From: a virus
Lineage: Duplodnaviria; Caudoviricetes
Direction: 5' to 3' (one strand)
IMG/VR virus record: IMGVR_UViG_3300040751_000264
Coordinates: 1,691 to 65,690 of that record
DNA: 64,000 bases
Below, piece after piece: positions 26,814-36,434 of the stretch (positions are counted from its first letter, which is position 1; every line of letters starts with the position of its first letter). The notes under the pieces are model-generated. The model was not told the origin of the DNA. It was given only the letters and a program-made list of their open reading frames with translations, and ran no database searches. The position numbers were made by a program, and so were the translations under genes.

Positions 26814-27114
26814 TTAACCATTCCTTTGCTTGCTTGCGTCGTTCTGCACGCAATCTGTCGTCTTCTTCCCTTGCCGCCTTAGATTGTAGCAGACGATCTA
26901 CGTTGTTGGCAAATCCCTTCCATGTTGGATTAGAATTGATAGCAAAGTAGTATTCCATTGCACCATAGATATCCTCCATTGAAAAGGATTCTAGCAATGC
27001 GTCTGCTGCCCATTGCTCGTTGTACTTATTCATGTTTATCTGAGGCAAACCGCTGATCTTGCAATGCTTTTCATACCTGCTTAAAACAGCAAACCTGCTC
27101 TTTCTATCTGCCAT
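26797..27114 (-). CDS. Hypothetical protein
   Basis: ORF overlapping the dnaB start. Confidence 0.65.
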   Translation of the reverse strand: MADRKSRFAVLSRYEKHCKISGLPQINMNKYNEQWAADALLESFSMEDIYGAMEYYFAINSNPTWKGFANNVDRLLQSKAAREEDDRLRAERRKQAKEWLSESRG

Positions 27115-27356
27115 TACTCCACCTTTGTATGCGATACAACAACTGTCATGCAGTATACATCATCATCCATGTAGTGCCCAGATTGGGATATTAGATTTAC
27201 AAAACCAGTATCTCCTAGCAAATTGCCCATCTGTCGAAATGCCTCTGCTTCTGTTTCTCCATACGAACAGAGAACAGAAACCTTTTCATTAGATGCAACA
27301 TATGCATAATTATTTGCGCTATTGGTATTATTGAATTCTACCCAGAAGTCATCCAT
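27114..27356 (-). CDS. Hypothetical protein
   Basis: TAATG-coupled on both sides. Confidence 0.55.
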   Translation of the reverse strand: MDDFWVEFNNTNSANNYAYVASNEKVSVLCSYGETEAEAFRQMGNLLGDTGFVNLISQSGHYMDDDVYCMTVVVSHTKVE

Positions 27357-27553
27357 TACTCAAGTTCCTCTCTTGCCTCCTGCAACTTTTCTGTTAGTTG
27401 CTGCTCTACAAAAGAGTAGACGCGATCTGATGCCTCCTTTGTGGACTCTCCATCACGAACATAGTCCTCTACTTGGCAGTCAAGCCTGAGTGACTGAAAA
27501 TTACCTGTATTGAGCGTATAGCCCAAAGACCACTGAACCTTTGTTGGCTCCAT
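27356..27553 (-). CDS. Hypothetical protein
   Basis: MEPTKVQWSLGYTLNTGNFQSLRLD; AAAGG RBS. Confidence 0.65.
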   Translation of the reverse strand: MEPTKVQWSLGYTLNTGNFQSLRLDCQVEDYVRDGESTKEASDRVYSFVEQQLTEKLQEAREELE

Positions 27554-27584
27554 GTGAATAACCTTTCTAGAACGATTTGCCGTA

Positions 27585-28121
27585 TTATATTGTCTCAGAG
27601 AAGACGGGAATGAACTTGCCATTCTCGTCCTTGACGTAGTAAATCATACCATCACCCATGGCATAACGCAACTCCTGTTCTGTAGGAGTTTTATTATTTG
27701 TTACGAGGCCGTCTTTTCTTTCCCTGCCCATATGCGTCTGGGCCATGAGATTCCTTGCTTCGAATATGTGATCCTCGCTGTAATAACTTAGGTGATGAAA
27801 GGCGGTTTCTCCACCAGGGAGTTCGCCTACGGGTTGAGGGAGAAAACCACGTTTTACTAATCTTGGTATGCTCTTCCTATGGTAATTTAGAAGTTTGGCT
27901 GCTTCCATAACCGTGAAAGCACGCTTCCGCTTCCTCTTAAATTCTACCATATTCATGGTCATTTGTACAGCCTTGGTGCAATTCCAAAGCGTCACTATTC
28001 CTTGTGCTCTACTGGAGTGAGTGATTCTAACAAGATCCCCATCAAGAAACCAAGTCTTTCTTCTTGGTCTTTGTATTACTGGCAAATCGATGATTTCGCG
28101 TTCATCTTCTCCATTAGCCAT
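27585..28121 (-). CDS. HTH (MerR/excisionase-like) DNA-binding protein
   Basis: AFTVMEAAKLLNYHRKSIPRLVKRG. Confidence 0.7.
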   Translation of the reverse strand: MANGEDEREIIDLPVIQRPRRKTWFLDGDLVRITHSSRAQGIVTLWNCTKAVQMTMNMVEFKRKRKRAFTVMEAAKLLNYHRKSIPRLVKRGFLPQPVGELPGGETAFHHLSYYSEDHIFEARNLMAQTHMGRERKDGLVTNNKTPTEQELRYAMGDGMIYYVKDENGKFIPVFSETI

Positions 28122-28267
28122 AATCTTGCTCCTTCTCCGCTTCTAACACCCTCATTGTGATAAAACTTCCTAGAGCCACACCGTATACAAAATGTTTCAA
28201 GGTGGTTGTGTTCTGTAAACGCTCTGTCTACAAAAACCCTTCCTTTACATTTTTTACAAATAAGCAT
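28076..28267 (-). CDS. Small zinc-ribbon protein
   Basis: CKKCKGRVFVD...FCIRCG. Confidence 0.65.
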   Translation of the reverse strand: MLICKKCKGRVFVDRAFTEHNHLETFCIRCGSRKFYHNEGVRSGEGARLWLMEKMNAKSSICQ

Positions 28268-28282
28268 AGTTCAGAAATTATA

Positions 28283-28726
28283 TCATGTAGGAATACCAAT
28301 GGCTGTGATATTTACTGTTGTTGTCACCTGTCCAGAGGAATTAAACTTAACTACCCCTTCGATTCGTGATGTTGTGATTGATCTAATAACAACAGAAACA
28401 TCGTCACCAATGTCGGATGTACCGCGATTGACTACAGTAGCAGTAGCAACTGGTGGGTACTTAAAGTCTGAAGAATATGAGAAAGAGAATGGCTTTGTTG
28501 TTCCTGCTGTTACTGATTCGTTAGTAACAATGTCAACATATCCAGCAATAACTCTGGCTGCTCTAGTCTGAATTACCTGATTTCCAGCATCTCTTGTTGA
28601 TACCGTTGTGTAATTATATGTAGCAGATGATACCTCGTTTGATACCTCATTGATTGCGTTTGCCAATTGATAGATGTATGTAACGTCTAGTGGCTGACCT
28701 CTGTCTGGTAGTGGAATTTTTGCCAT
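28283..28726 (-). CDS. Probable minor tail protein (beta-rich C-terminus)
   Basis: Last gene of the tail module; FKYPPVATAT...VNITAIG beta-sandwich pattern. Confidence 0.6.
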   Translation of the reverse strand: MAKIPLPDRGQPLDVTYIYQLANAINEVSNEVSSATYNYTTVSTRDAGNQVIQTRAARVIAGYVDIVTNESVTAGTTKPFSFSYSSDFKYPPVATATVVNRGTSDIGDDVSVVIRSITTSRIEGVVKFNSSGQVTTTVNITAIGIPT

Positions 28727-28742
28727 GGTTAAATTATATCAT

Positions 28743-28892
28743 CTAGGAGTTGGGTATTTCAAATATTGGTGTCCACGCGGATAGCCTGTTTCTATCCTCA
28801 GAAACCAACCTAAATCTAAGATAGATTTCGGGGTCTTGATCAATGCCAAGACTTACCAATTCTTCTGCACTAATAATTATTCTTTTAGACAT
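28743..28892 (-). CDS. Small protein (49 aa), not in ORF track
   Basis: MSKRIIISAEEL...YLRFRLVSEDRNRLSAWTPIFEIPNS*; TAATG overlap with the upstream gene. Confidence 0.55.
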   Translation of the reverse strand: MSKRIIISAEELVSLGIDQDPEIYLRFRLVSEDRNRLSAWTPIFEIPNS

Positions 28893-30286
28893 TACGAAAC
28901 ACCCAGGGAGAATCTGAAGTCTATGTAGTTGTTTGAGTTTGCAGTTTTTATGATAGGAAGTCCATTGTTCCCAGCAATAATTGAGTACCCCGACATTTTA
29001 TAGATTGGGTTATCTGTTGTATTGTCAAGCCTGAATCCATCAAACGCTATATAGTGATCGTCTGATGGTGAATCATCTGATTTTGTTACAGCAGCAAAAA
29101 CTCTTGCAATCTTAATCTCTGTTGATGCAAAGTCTGCTGAAGTATAAAATCTTATGTATGGAAGAGTCGTGCTTGCAGACTCGTTACTGTAATCAACGTT
29201 TTGTGAAATTTGTGAAGAAGCAACAAAGTATCTGTTAACATCTAGCACTGATCCAGGAACATATATTTGCATTTTAGCAAAAGACTGAGATCCAGTTACC
29301 TCGTTCTTAAAGAACTCTACTAAAACCTTTACATCTTTTACCGCCGCCTGAGCAACAGATGTTCTGTCTACCATGGAGAATGCCAGTTTCAAAAGATCTG
29401 ATGTGTTGTTGCCAGATATATCAAAACCAATGTTGTTGAGATGAACGTGTGATCCGCTACCAACCCAGTCGCCATCGATTCCAGCACTGTCATCTATTGA
29501 GGAGAAATCTCCTCTCAGCATTAAGGTTCTATTTAGATACCTTGGCCCTTCTTTTCTATCTTTTCTTGTGCTAACCTGAAAAATAGGGTCGGAGGTATTT
29601 GCATAAAAAGCAGTAGCAGTTTCTTGAATGTCTACAGTTGTAGAAGATCCATCAAAACCCAGGTTGGTATTAAGTGGTGGATCAGAAATTGCAACATTGT
29701 GTACCTGCCAACTGTTGGAAAAGTTAAACAAAACCCTGCTGTCATACTGAGAAGCAAGGCTGTTATTTCCAGCAGACCAAATTCCTACCTCAGAAATTTC
29801 ATATCTGTTCTCTGTTGGCAGTTCTGCTGTAAGGGACATTTTTGTTCTAGGTACAAGTGCTGAACCATTTGGTGATAACGACACAGCAGGACTAATGTCA
29901 GACCCAATAACTGAATAACTAAAAGTGTTAGAAGTAACAGCAGTAACTTCAAACTGACCATCTAGGGAGTTGTCAACATCGCTGACAATGACTGTCTCTC
30001 CTATAACAATGTCATGGTTGACTGATGTTGTTAGGGTAGCGACATTTGAAACTAACTCTTTTGTTGTTATCTGATAAGTTACAGAGTCATCAACAAAGCC
30101 TTTAGAAGAAATAGGAACTCTTGTCATCTCAAAATCTAGTCTTTTTTGACTGTATGCAGAGTTAGGGATTGGGTCTGTCGGACCAAGGGGTGTTGCTCCG
30201 CACCCTATTGCCAAATGTGTAGCATATTCTGGAACTTGGCCCAGAAGGTACTTTGAGATTATTTCTTTTCCGTCGTTAGTTATCAT
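28892..30286 (-). CDS. Minor tail/baseplate protein
   Basis: MITNDGKEIISKYL...HLAIGCG...LDFEMTRVPI...ISEVGIWS pattern typical of tail proteins; in the tail module. Confidence 0.7.
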   Translation of the reverse strand: MITNDGKEIISKYLLGQVPEYATHLAIGCGATPLGPTDPIPNSAYSQKRLDFEMTRVPISSKGFVDDSVTYQITTKELVSNVATLTTSVNHDIVIGETVIVSDVDNSLDGQFEVTAVTSNTFSYSVIGSDISPAVSLSPNGSALVPRTKMSLTAELPTENRYEISEVGIWSAGNNSLASQYDSRVLFNFSNSWQVHNVAISDPPLNTNLGFDGSSTTVDIQETATAFYANTSDPIFQVSTRKDRKEGPRYLNRTLMLRGDFSSIDDSAGIDGDWVGSGSHVHLNNIGFDISGNNTSDLLKLAFSMVDRTSVAQAAVKDVKVLVEFFKNEVTGSQSFAKMQIYVPGSVLDVNRYFVASSQISQNVDYSNESASTTLPYIRFYTSADFASTEIKIARVFAAVTKSDDSPSDDHYIAFDGFRLDNTTDNPIYKMSGYSIIAGNNGLPIIKTANSNNYIDFRFSLGVS

Positions 30287-30894
30287 GATTCATCTACCAA
30301 ATTAATTGTACCATTCAGGAGCAGTTGAACCTGTATTTCTTCACCATCTCTTACGTCTTCTACCTCTATCACAAGGTCGCCATTTTCATCAAAGTAGGGT
30401 TCATAGATGCCCCTGGAATCTAGATCTATTCCAAATCTAGAAAAGTAATTAGTTGATATTGCTGTGGCGACAACGTTGTTTGGGTTAAACTCTTGCCTAA
30501 CAGAAGAAAGATTCTTTATTGGTTCATAGATAACTTCCTGGCCATCAATCAAATCTGTTCTTGAAATATTGGCAAGTTCTGTAGCACTAATATCTTCAAA
30601 CAATAGATCTTGAAGAAGAGCGATTTCTATTGAATTATCATCAAATTGAATTATGTCGCTTGGTGCTTCTTTAATGTTTTTGTCGGGGGCCGCCATTGCT
30701 GAGAACCTTGGCAAAATTGGTGCTGGGGGTGGTGGTGGCGGTGGAGGGGGTGGTGGTGGCCCTGGGGGTGGCGGAGGTGAAGGAGGGGGTGGAGGTGGTG
30801 GAGGATTCGCTACAGACTCAGACCACTTCTGAATTCTTTCCATCTCCTTGCCAAAACTAGGGGATGTTATTATGTCCCAATTTATATTAAACAT
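30283..30894 (-). CDS. Tail-module protein with polyproline tract
   Basis: P8-S-P5-G-P12 tract near the N-terminus; translationally coupled to the flanking tail genes. Confidence 0.75.
   Translation of the reverse strand: MFNINWDIITSPSFGKEMERIQKWSESVANPPPPPPPPSPPPPPGPPPPPPPPPPPPAPILPRFSAMAAPDKNIKEAPSDIIQFDDNSIEIALLQDLLFEDISATELANISRTDLIDGQEVIYEPIKNLSSVRQEFNPNNVVATAISTNYFSRFGIDLDSRGIYEPYFDENGDLVIEVEDVRDGEEIQVQLLLNGTINLVDES
30724..30804 (-). repeat. Polyproline-coding tract (25 Pro in 27 codons)
   Basis: CCN codons with all four third bases used. Confidence 0.95.
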
Positions 30895-33800
30895 TTAAAC
30901 CTCCGCCAAATGGATCACTGTTTCTACCGATCCCTCTTGCTTAGTATTTTCAATATTATACACAACGTACCTTGTTGATTCTGAAGATATGATATCTATG
31001 CCAGAATCTTTGTAATCAATATTAACTATGTCTCCAAGTTGTAGGTGGGGTGTTCCAAAGACGTTTATTCCTACAGTTTTCTTGGGATATAGAACTCTTC
31101 TAATAATCCAGTCCATCATTGATTCAGCAGCGTCGTCTGTTTGTATATACTGAGCCTCTATTGAGAATTCGTTATTTCCAAACTTGCTTCTGCTGTTTTG
31201 AACATCTGCATAAATTTGCTTATACTCCCCAGGATTGGAGTTGCTTGAATATATTGCATTAGTAAAGTTACTATTCTTTTTAAAGAAATCGTCTACCGTT
31301 AAGGATCTTGTAGTGTTTTGTGTAAACGCAATTCCCAATATTCTCAAGTAGTTTCCTGTTGTGTCATCTAGATTAAGAATTTTGTCAACGGCATTAAAGA
31401 TCAGGAACTCTGCACCATAAGAGCCTGCAAAGAATCCTGATACAGTGTACCCCCTTACCCTGTTTAAAGTTTCTGCTAACTTAGCATATAGGGCAGGGTA
31501 GGCACGATCATATTTGATATCAAAATATGCAACCTCTCTCATAATTGTTCCAAACTCTTCATAGAACAAACTGTACTTTGGATCTGATTCAGAACTAATT
31601 CCAGTCAGGTATGTGTTTTGTACCATTCCACTCAGGGCGTAGTTTCTAAGAGCATCGGATTCTGTAATCAGTTCATCTGAGAATACCTTAGAAATTGGCA
31701 ACTGTAATGCCCTTGATGTGTTTTCTGCAAAGTTATCCGCAAGAGCATAAACATTTTCAAACATCACCCTGGATGATCCACGAACAAAGAGTGCCAAGTT
31801 GTTGTATTGTGGTAGAGGATTCGTATCAGTTACCACAGCAATTTGTTTATTGTTTATGTATAAGTAAAAGTCTCTGTTTGTTCCAACATCTATAAATTCT
31901 GCTGATAGATCATATACCGTTGAATTTTCTGAAGATGTTAGTCTTGATTGTGTTGTAAACTTTCCATCATCTACAAAAATTTCTGTAAATCCTCTGTAAA
32001 GTATTTCTGGTATAGCATTTCCTTCTGCATCAGAAACAACCTTGTAAAAGAAAACATCTGAGATAAGCGTGTTTTCGTCAATTGATTCTCTGACCTCTCC
32101 CCCGCTATTAGATGTTGCATTGAATGGAACATATGTCGCTGTTCCGCTTGCCCCCGTTTCAGTAGCCGTCACATTGGCCTCAATAGTAAATGTGTCATAA
32201 AGTAAAAGATCTGTTGGATTTGATACAGCAGTAATGACAGCATTAGCAATATTAAAGGCAGAGTTAGACATTCCAGTTATTGACACTGTTTGCCCTGCAC
32301 TAAACCTGTGACCCTCTGCTGTGTAAACAATATTAGATCCGTCACCCTCTGCTGCCGTAACAGTTATTGAATTTACTGTTGGTTGCAAAAGTTCATACTG
32401 GAATTGTTTCCTATCTTGAGATATTGCAGTAATGTTGAACTCACCATTAAACCTATTGACAGAACCTGTTGTCGTGAGTCCAGAAACAACCACCGTTGTT
32501 CCAATATTAAAATCATGCTGTTTTGATAAAGTTAAAGTAACTGTATCATTTACTGATTGAGCGACTGGGCTAGTTACAACCTTATAAACTTTTTCATTGG
32601 AGTTGTTTTTGTAAGAAGAAACCGTATTCTGTGTAAGGGCTGCTATTTCAAAGTAGTATCCGACGTTAGTATCTTTATTTAGTCCAAATGCCAAGCCTCC
32701 TGAACCCCCTGAAATAGATATTTGCTTTGATGGGTCATCTGACACTACCTCGCTAGATGGATAAAAATCAAAAGCACCTACTGGAGTTTGATCACTACTC
32801 GTTCCAGACTCTATCTTTCCAACGATTCTCATTCTTGTTCCAAAGTGCTTGTATGGCTTTTCCATCTTCTTGTAAGAGTATGTAACAAAATCTGCTGGAT
32901 TAATGGCATCTGGAAGAGATGGACCATTAAAGACCAGGGAAGAAGTTTGTACTGATCCAGATCTTGCTGACTTAAAATAATTTGTTTCTGATTCTGTTAG
33001 GTTCGTGTTTGCCATAAAGTTTTTAATAATGCCATTACGAGATGACTTAATTGCATAGGACTGTGCAGAGTATGATTCATCATTTATCACCTTAGACTTT
33101 CCTGCCTCTGCTATCCCCAAATTATCTGGGTACTCTAAATCAACATTTGTATTAAATAGATAGTCCTGGGCATTTTGAATACAGCCTCTTACATTAGTAT
33201 CATTTACCCAAGTTGTTTCTTCCACCCCCGCAGGATGCTGAACAATCTCTGTTCCAAACTGGCCACGACCATGCTCCTTTATTTCATTGTCCTGAATATT
33301 TGTATATATTCTTACAAGTCCAGTAGGATACATCTTTCCATTAAATCTAAGTTTAGAAAAATAGTTCTGATATTCCTGATTATTCTTAATCCAAACTGTT
33401 CCCACTCCAGCAACAGAGTATTGCACAGCATCATACTTAATGATTTCGCCGCTTGAATAAAAATATCCAGAGTAGTTTGCTAGCCAATATACATTTTCTC
33501 CAAAGTCAATTACGTTATTTATTAGTTCTCCCTCAACCAATTGTGGAATGCTAGCAGGCAAAGTTGTTTTTAATGGCATTGCAGAAAGTGAATATCCAGA
33601 TGCTTGAGAAGATGACTCATTAATTGTCTTAATTTTTTCTTGTCCTGCCACCTCCCAAAGTAGGACTGGCTTATAGACAAATGTTTTATATTCGTCTATA
33701 TATGGTGCCTGACTAATCGAACCAATACTCTTTTGTATGTATCTGGTTGTGTAGTTTATTTCTCCACCGTTATAAACTTGTTTTTCTGTCGAAGAAATGC

Positions 33801-35796
33801 TAACGATATTTGGAAGTGCCACTCCATCATCAGTAATCTCTTCTTGCCCATATATAATCATATCTGTTGATCTAGCATCTTGTGATGCCATTAAGTAGTT
33901 TTTAGACATTATTACAAGATTGTTATATTCATCAAAGAATATTGCGCTTTGTGAAGATATCGCCAACTGTTGCAAAGTTTCTGCTAGATTCTGCTCTGGG
34001 CCAACAAAGAAGTATGGAATAATTAATTCTTCATCTTCTTCAGTTCTCTTAAACACATAGTTGCTAAACCCAACACTATCAAGAAGCACTGTTATTGCAT
34101 AACTCAAAGATACATCTGTTAGCAAAATCTCTGGAGACTTCTTTGACTCCAGGAAGTAGAACAAGTCTCTTAATTCAATAGATATTTTTACTGGTGCTTC
34201 TGTTGCTTGTGGAAAGCCCTCAGAATATAGTGTTTTCATTGGTATGTAATAGTCAAAAGATCCAATATTTTTTACAATGTCATAGAACAAAAACTTCATT
34301 CTATTTGTTGTGTAATTGCTAAGAATGCTTCCTGTTTTTGTATTATCATCAAAGGGGTTATTTTCATTGAGAGAAAGGTCGTAATCAAAAATCTCTACGC
34401 TACCTGTTGATGCTAAAAGTGCCCCCGTTGGCATTGAATGGTTTGCTAGATCAGAGAGTGTTCTAGTTATAGAAAAAGACATTATCTTATCACTAATGTC
34501 TGCAACTATTCTTGGAGAAAGTTCTATTAAATCAAATGTTGAATTAACTTTGTTCATGGTGTCAATCACGATTCTTAGTCCATGAACGAAGTCGAACTCC
34601 CTAAAAAATGTATTGCCCCCTTCTTCATAATAGTCTGGGTCAGATATTTTCTTTACAACCTTGGTGTTTCTTGTTATGTTTTCTTCATTTACTTGCCAGG
34701 AATATTCTGCATCATATACCTGCCAGCCAGCACCGTCGCTGATATATAAAACACCCTTGTCGGTTTCAGATTGTTTGTAAAGATATGCATATCCATATGG
34801 GGCAAGGTCTGGAAGCAATTCTGTTGAATAAATTTCTTCAACAAAAACAAACACATCTGTAAATAGGTCTGGAACAGTAAGGCCATACCCTACCTCTAAA
34901 TGCCCATTAGAGCCGATGATGGGGCTTCCATCGCTTTTTACAGAGTCTTCTGTAAAAGATATAATTTCCACCCAGTTGTTATTTTCATCTAATTTTTGAA
35001 TAGCCCACCTCTTAGGAATTGTTGCATTACTATCTCCATAAAGCGGATCTGGAACATTTGTGTCGTTTCCAATTCTGAATGGACCATTATCTATTTCGCC
35101 AACATTTGTTTGCATCTTTACAGTAATTCTGTTTGTTGGAACTTTTTCCTTGTAGACAACAAATGGCGCAGCATCATAAATATAATATGATGGATTTTCA
35201 GATCCTGAGGATTGATTAATTGCAATGCCATATTCGTTAGTTGTGTTGTCTTCAACCTCTGTCCTATATGAGGTCCAGTATTTAAAGTCGTCATAACGTG
35301 ATGCCATATAGTATCTTGGTCTGCGAGCAACGTTTACGGTGGACAAAAGATTTGGGTCTTCTCTTCTACCGTTCGTTGTAAGGCTATCAACATACTGATT
35401 AAAACCATTTGGTGCTCCAACAATTCCCAAATACAGAAGTTTGTTAATTCCAGATCTTGGTCTATTTTGTCTGAAACAATCATCAAGAGAATACAGAAGG
35501 TTTATCTTTCTTTTTGGTGCAACAAAAAATGCTGGATCATCATTATCTTCAAAGCCAGCGTTTATAACTGTGTCTGAGTCAGTCGCTCCTGTGTAGTGAT
35601 TTCCAACATCGTTTGAATCGTATGATGCCTGAATGATACCGTATTGTGGGTCTGTAGTTCCTGGTCTATACCTATAGTTGCCAACCTTGTCAATATTATA
35701 AGATTGGTTCATGTTTATCTCTATCCATGTTGCCTGCTGGCTATCGATGGTATGAGAATACTTAAGATGATTTTCTAATTCTTCTGACTGAAACAT
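30895..35796 (-). CDS. Large minor tail / central tail protein (1633 aa)
   Basis: Second gene after the tape measure; FFDEYNNLVI and HLQLGDIVNI tail-hub-like motifs. Confidence 0.75.
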   Translation of the reverse strand: MFQSEELENHLKYSHTIDSQQATWIEINMNQSYNIDKVGNYRYRPGTTDPQYGIIQASYDSNDVGNHYTGATDSDTVINAGFEDNDDPAFFVAPKRKINLLYSLDDCFRQNRPRSGINKLLYLGIVGAPNGFNQYVDSLTTNGRREDPNLLSTVNVARRPRYYMASRYDDFKYWTSYRTEVEDNTTNEYGIAINQSSGSENPSYYIYDAAPFVVYKEKVPTNRITVKMQTNVGEIDNGPFRIGNDTNVPDPLYGDSNATIPKRWAIQKLDENNNWVEIISFTEDSVKSDGSPIIGSNGHLEVGYGLTVPDLFTDVFVFVEEIYSTELLPDLAPYGYAYLYKQSETDKGVLYISDGAGWQVYDAEYSWQVNEENITRNTKVVKKISDPDYYEEGGNTFFREFDFVHGLRIVIDTMNKVNSTFDLIELSPRIVADISDKIMSFSITRTLSDLANHSMPTGALLASTGSVEIFDYDLSLNENNPFDDNTKTGSILSNYTTNRMKFLFYDIVKNIGSFDYYIPMKTLYSEGFPQATEAPVKISIELRDLFYFLESKKSPEILLTDVSLSYAITVLLDSVGFSNYVFKRTEEDEELIIPYFFVGPEQNLAETLQQLAISSQSAIFFDEYNNLVIMSKNYLMASQDARSTDMIIYGQEEITDDGVALPNIVSISSTEKQVYNGGEINYTTRYIQKSIGSISQAPYIDEYKTFVYKPVLLWEVAGQEKIKTINESSSQASGYSLSAMPLKTTLPASIPQLVEGELINNVIDFGENVYWLANYSGYFYSSGEIIKYDAVQYSVAGVGTVWIKNNQEYQNYFSKLRFNGKMYPTGLVRIYTNIQDNEIKEHGRGQFGTEIVQHPAGVEETTWVNDTNVRGCIQNAQDYLFNTNVDLEYPDNLGIAEAGKSKVINDESYSAQSYAIKSSRNGIIKNFMANTNLTESETNYFKSARSGSVQTSSLVFNGPSLPDAINPADFVTYSYKKMEKPYKHFGTRMRIVGKIESGTSSDQTPVGAFDFYPSSEVVSDDPSKQISISGGSGGLAFGLNKDTNVGYYFEIAALTQNTVSSYKNNSNEKVYKVVTSPVAQSVNDTVTLTLSKQHDFNIGTTVVVSGLTTTGSVNRFNGEFNITAISQDRKQFQYELLQPTVNSITVTAAEGDGSNIVYTAEGHRFSAGQTVSITGMSNSAFNIANAVITAVSNPTDLLLYDTFTIEANVTATETGASGTATYVPFNATSNSGGEVRESIDENTLISDVFFYKVVSDAEGNAIPEILYRGFTEIFVDDGKFTTQSRLTSSENSTVYDLSAEFIDVGTNRDFYLYINNKQIAVVTDTNPLPQYNNLALFVRGSSRVMFENVYALADNFAENTSRALQLPISKVFSDELITESDALRNYALSGMVQNTYLTGISSESDPKYSLFYEEFGTIMREVAYFDIKYDRAYPALYAKLAETLNRVRGYTVSGFFAGSYGAEFLIFNAVDKILNLDDTTGNYLRILGIAFTQNTTRSLTVDDFFKKNSNFTNAIYSSNSNPGEYKQIYADVQNSRSKFGNNEFSIEAQYIQTDDAAESMMDWIIRRVLYPKKTVGINVFGTPHLQLGDIVNIDYKDSGIDIISSESTRYVVYNIENTKQEGSVETVIHLAEV

Positions 35797-36434
35797 TATG
35801 CCTCTTCCAAGGACACGTTAACAGTCCAGAAGTCAAAGTTCGTTCCGCCTCTTTTTTCAACGCTGTAATCAAAACTTGAAAAATACATAAGCCTTACATC
35901 ATTATATATTCCTAAATAATTAAAAGATTCGTCTGTTATGCTTCCAGCAACCTCAAAGGATGCGTTGTTATACTTGTCATAACCCAAATAAACATAAAAT
36001 GGGCCGCTGTGATTTTCATACCAGTCCAGTAGTTCTACACCGCCTGCCCCACCATCGACAGTATACTCCTGATCAGATCCAGTCATTTGTGGAACCCCGC
36101 TAGAATTAAAAATAACGTTTCTGGAGTATGATCTTGATGGAAGTCTTGACCATGAGCATGAAAGAGAAATCTTGTCTGCAATGTGATAGGATCTCATGGT
36201 TCCATTAACCATTCTCTGTCTGCTTTCCACCCTTTGCTGATTAACAGAGATTTCGCCTCTGTTGTGGTCAGAAAGTATAATGAAATCTTCCTTTTCTAGA
36301 CCGTCTGGTATTCTAACGCCATTAGATATTGTTCCAGCATTGTCTGACCACAGCATTGCCTGTGGCCTGCTGTATCTCTTTCTGCCAGCGATGTACGAAG
36401 AGGTGGCAGTGGGATTGTTGGGATTAATATCCAT
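35796..36434 (-). CDS. Distal tail-like protein
   Basis: Immediately follows the tape measure; ends VNVSLEEA. Confidence 0.65.
   Translation of the reverse strand: MDINPNNPTATSSYIAGRKRYSRPQAMLWSDNAGTISNGVRIPDGLEKEDFIILSDHNRGEISVNQQRVESRQRMVNGTMRSYHIADKISLSCSWSRLPSRSYSRNVIFNSSGVPQMTGSDQEYTVDGGAGGVELLDWYENHSGPFYVYLGYDKYNNASFEVAGSITDESFNYLGIYNDVRLMYFSSFDYSVEKRGGTNFDFWTVNVSLEEA

Noticed and set aside
30720-30805. G-quadruplex or microsatellite explanation for the G-rich plus-strand tract
   Set aside because: Strict CCN periodicity with mixed third positions is better explained by proline coding.
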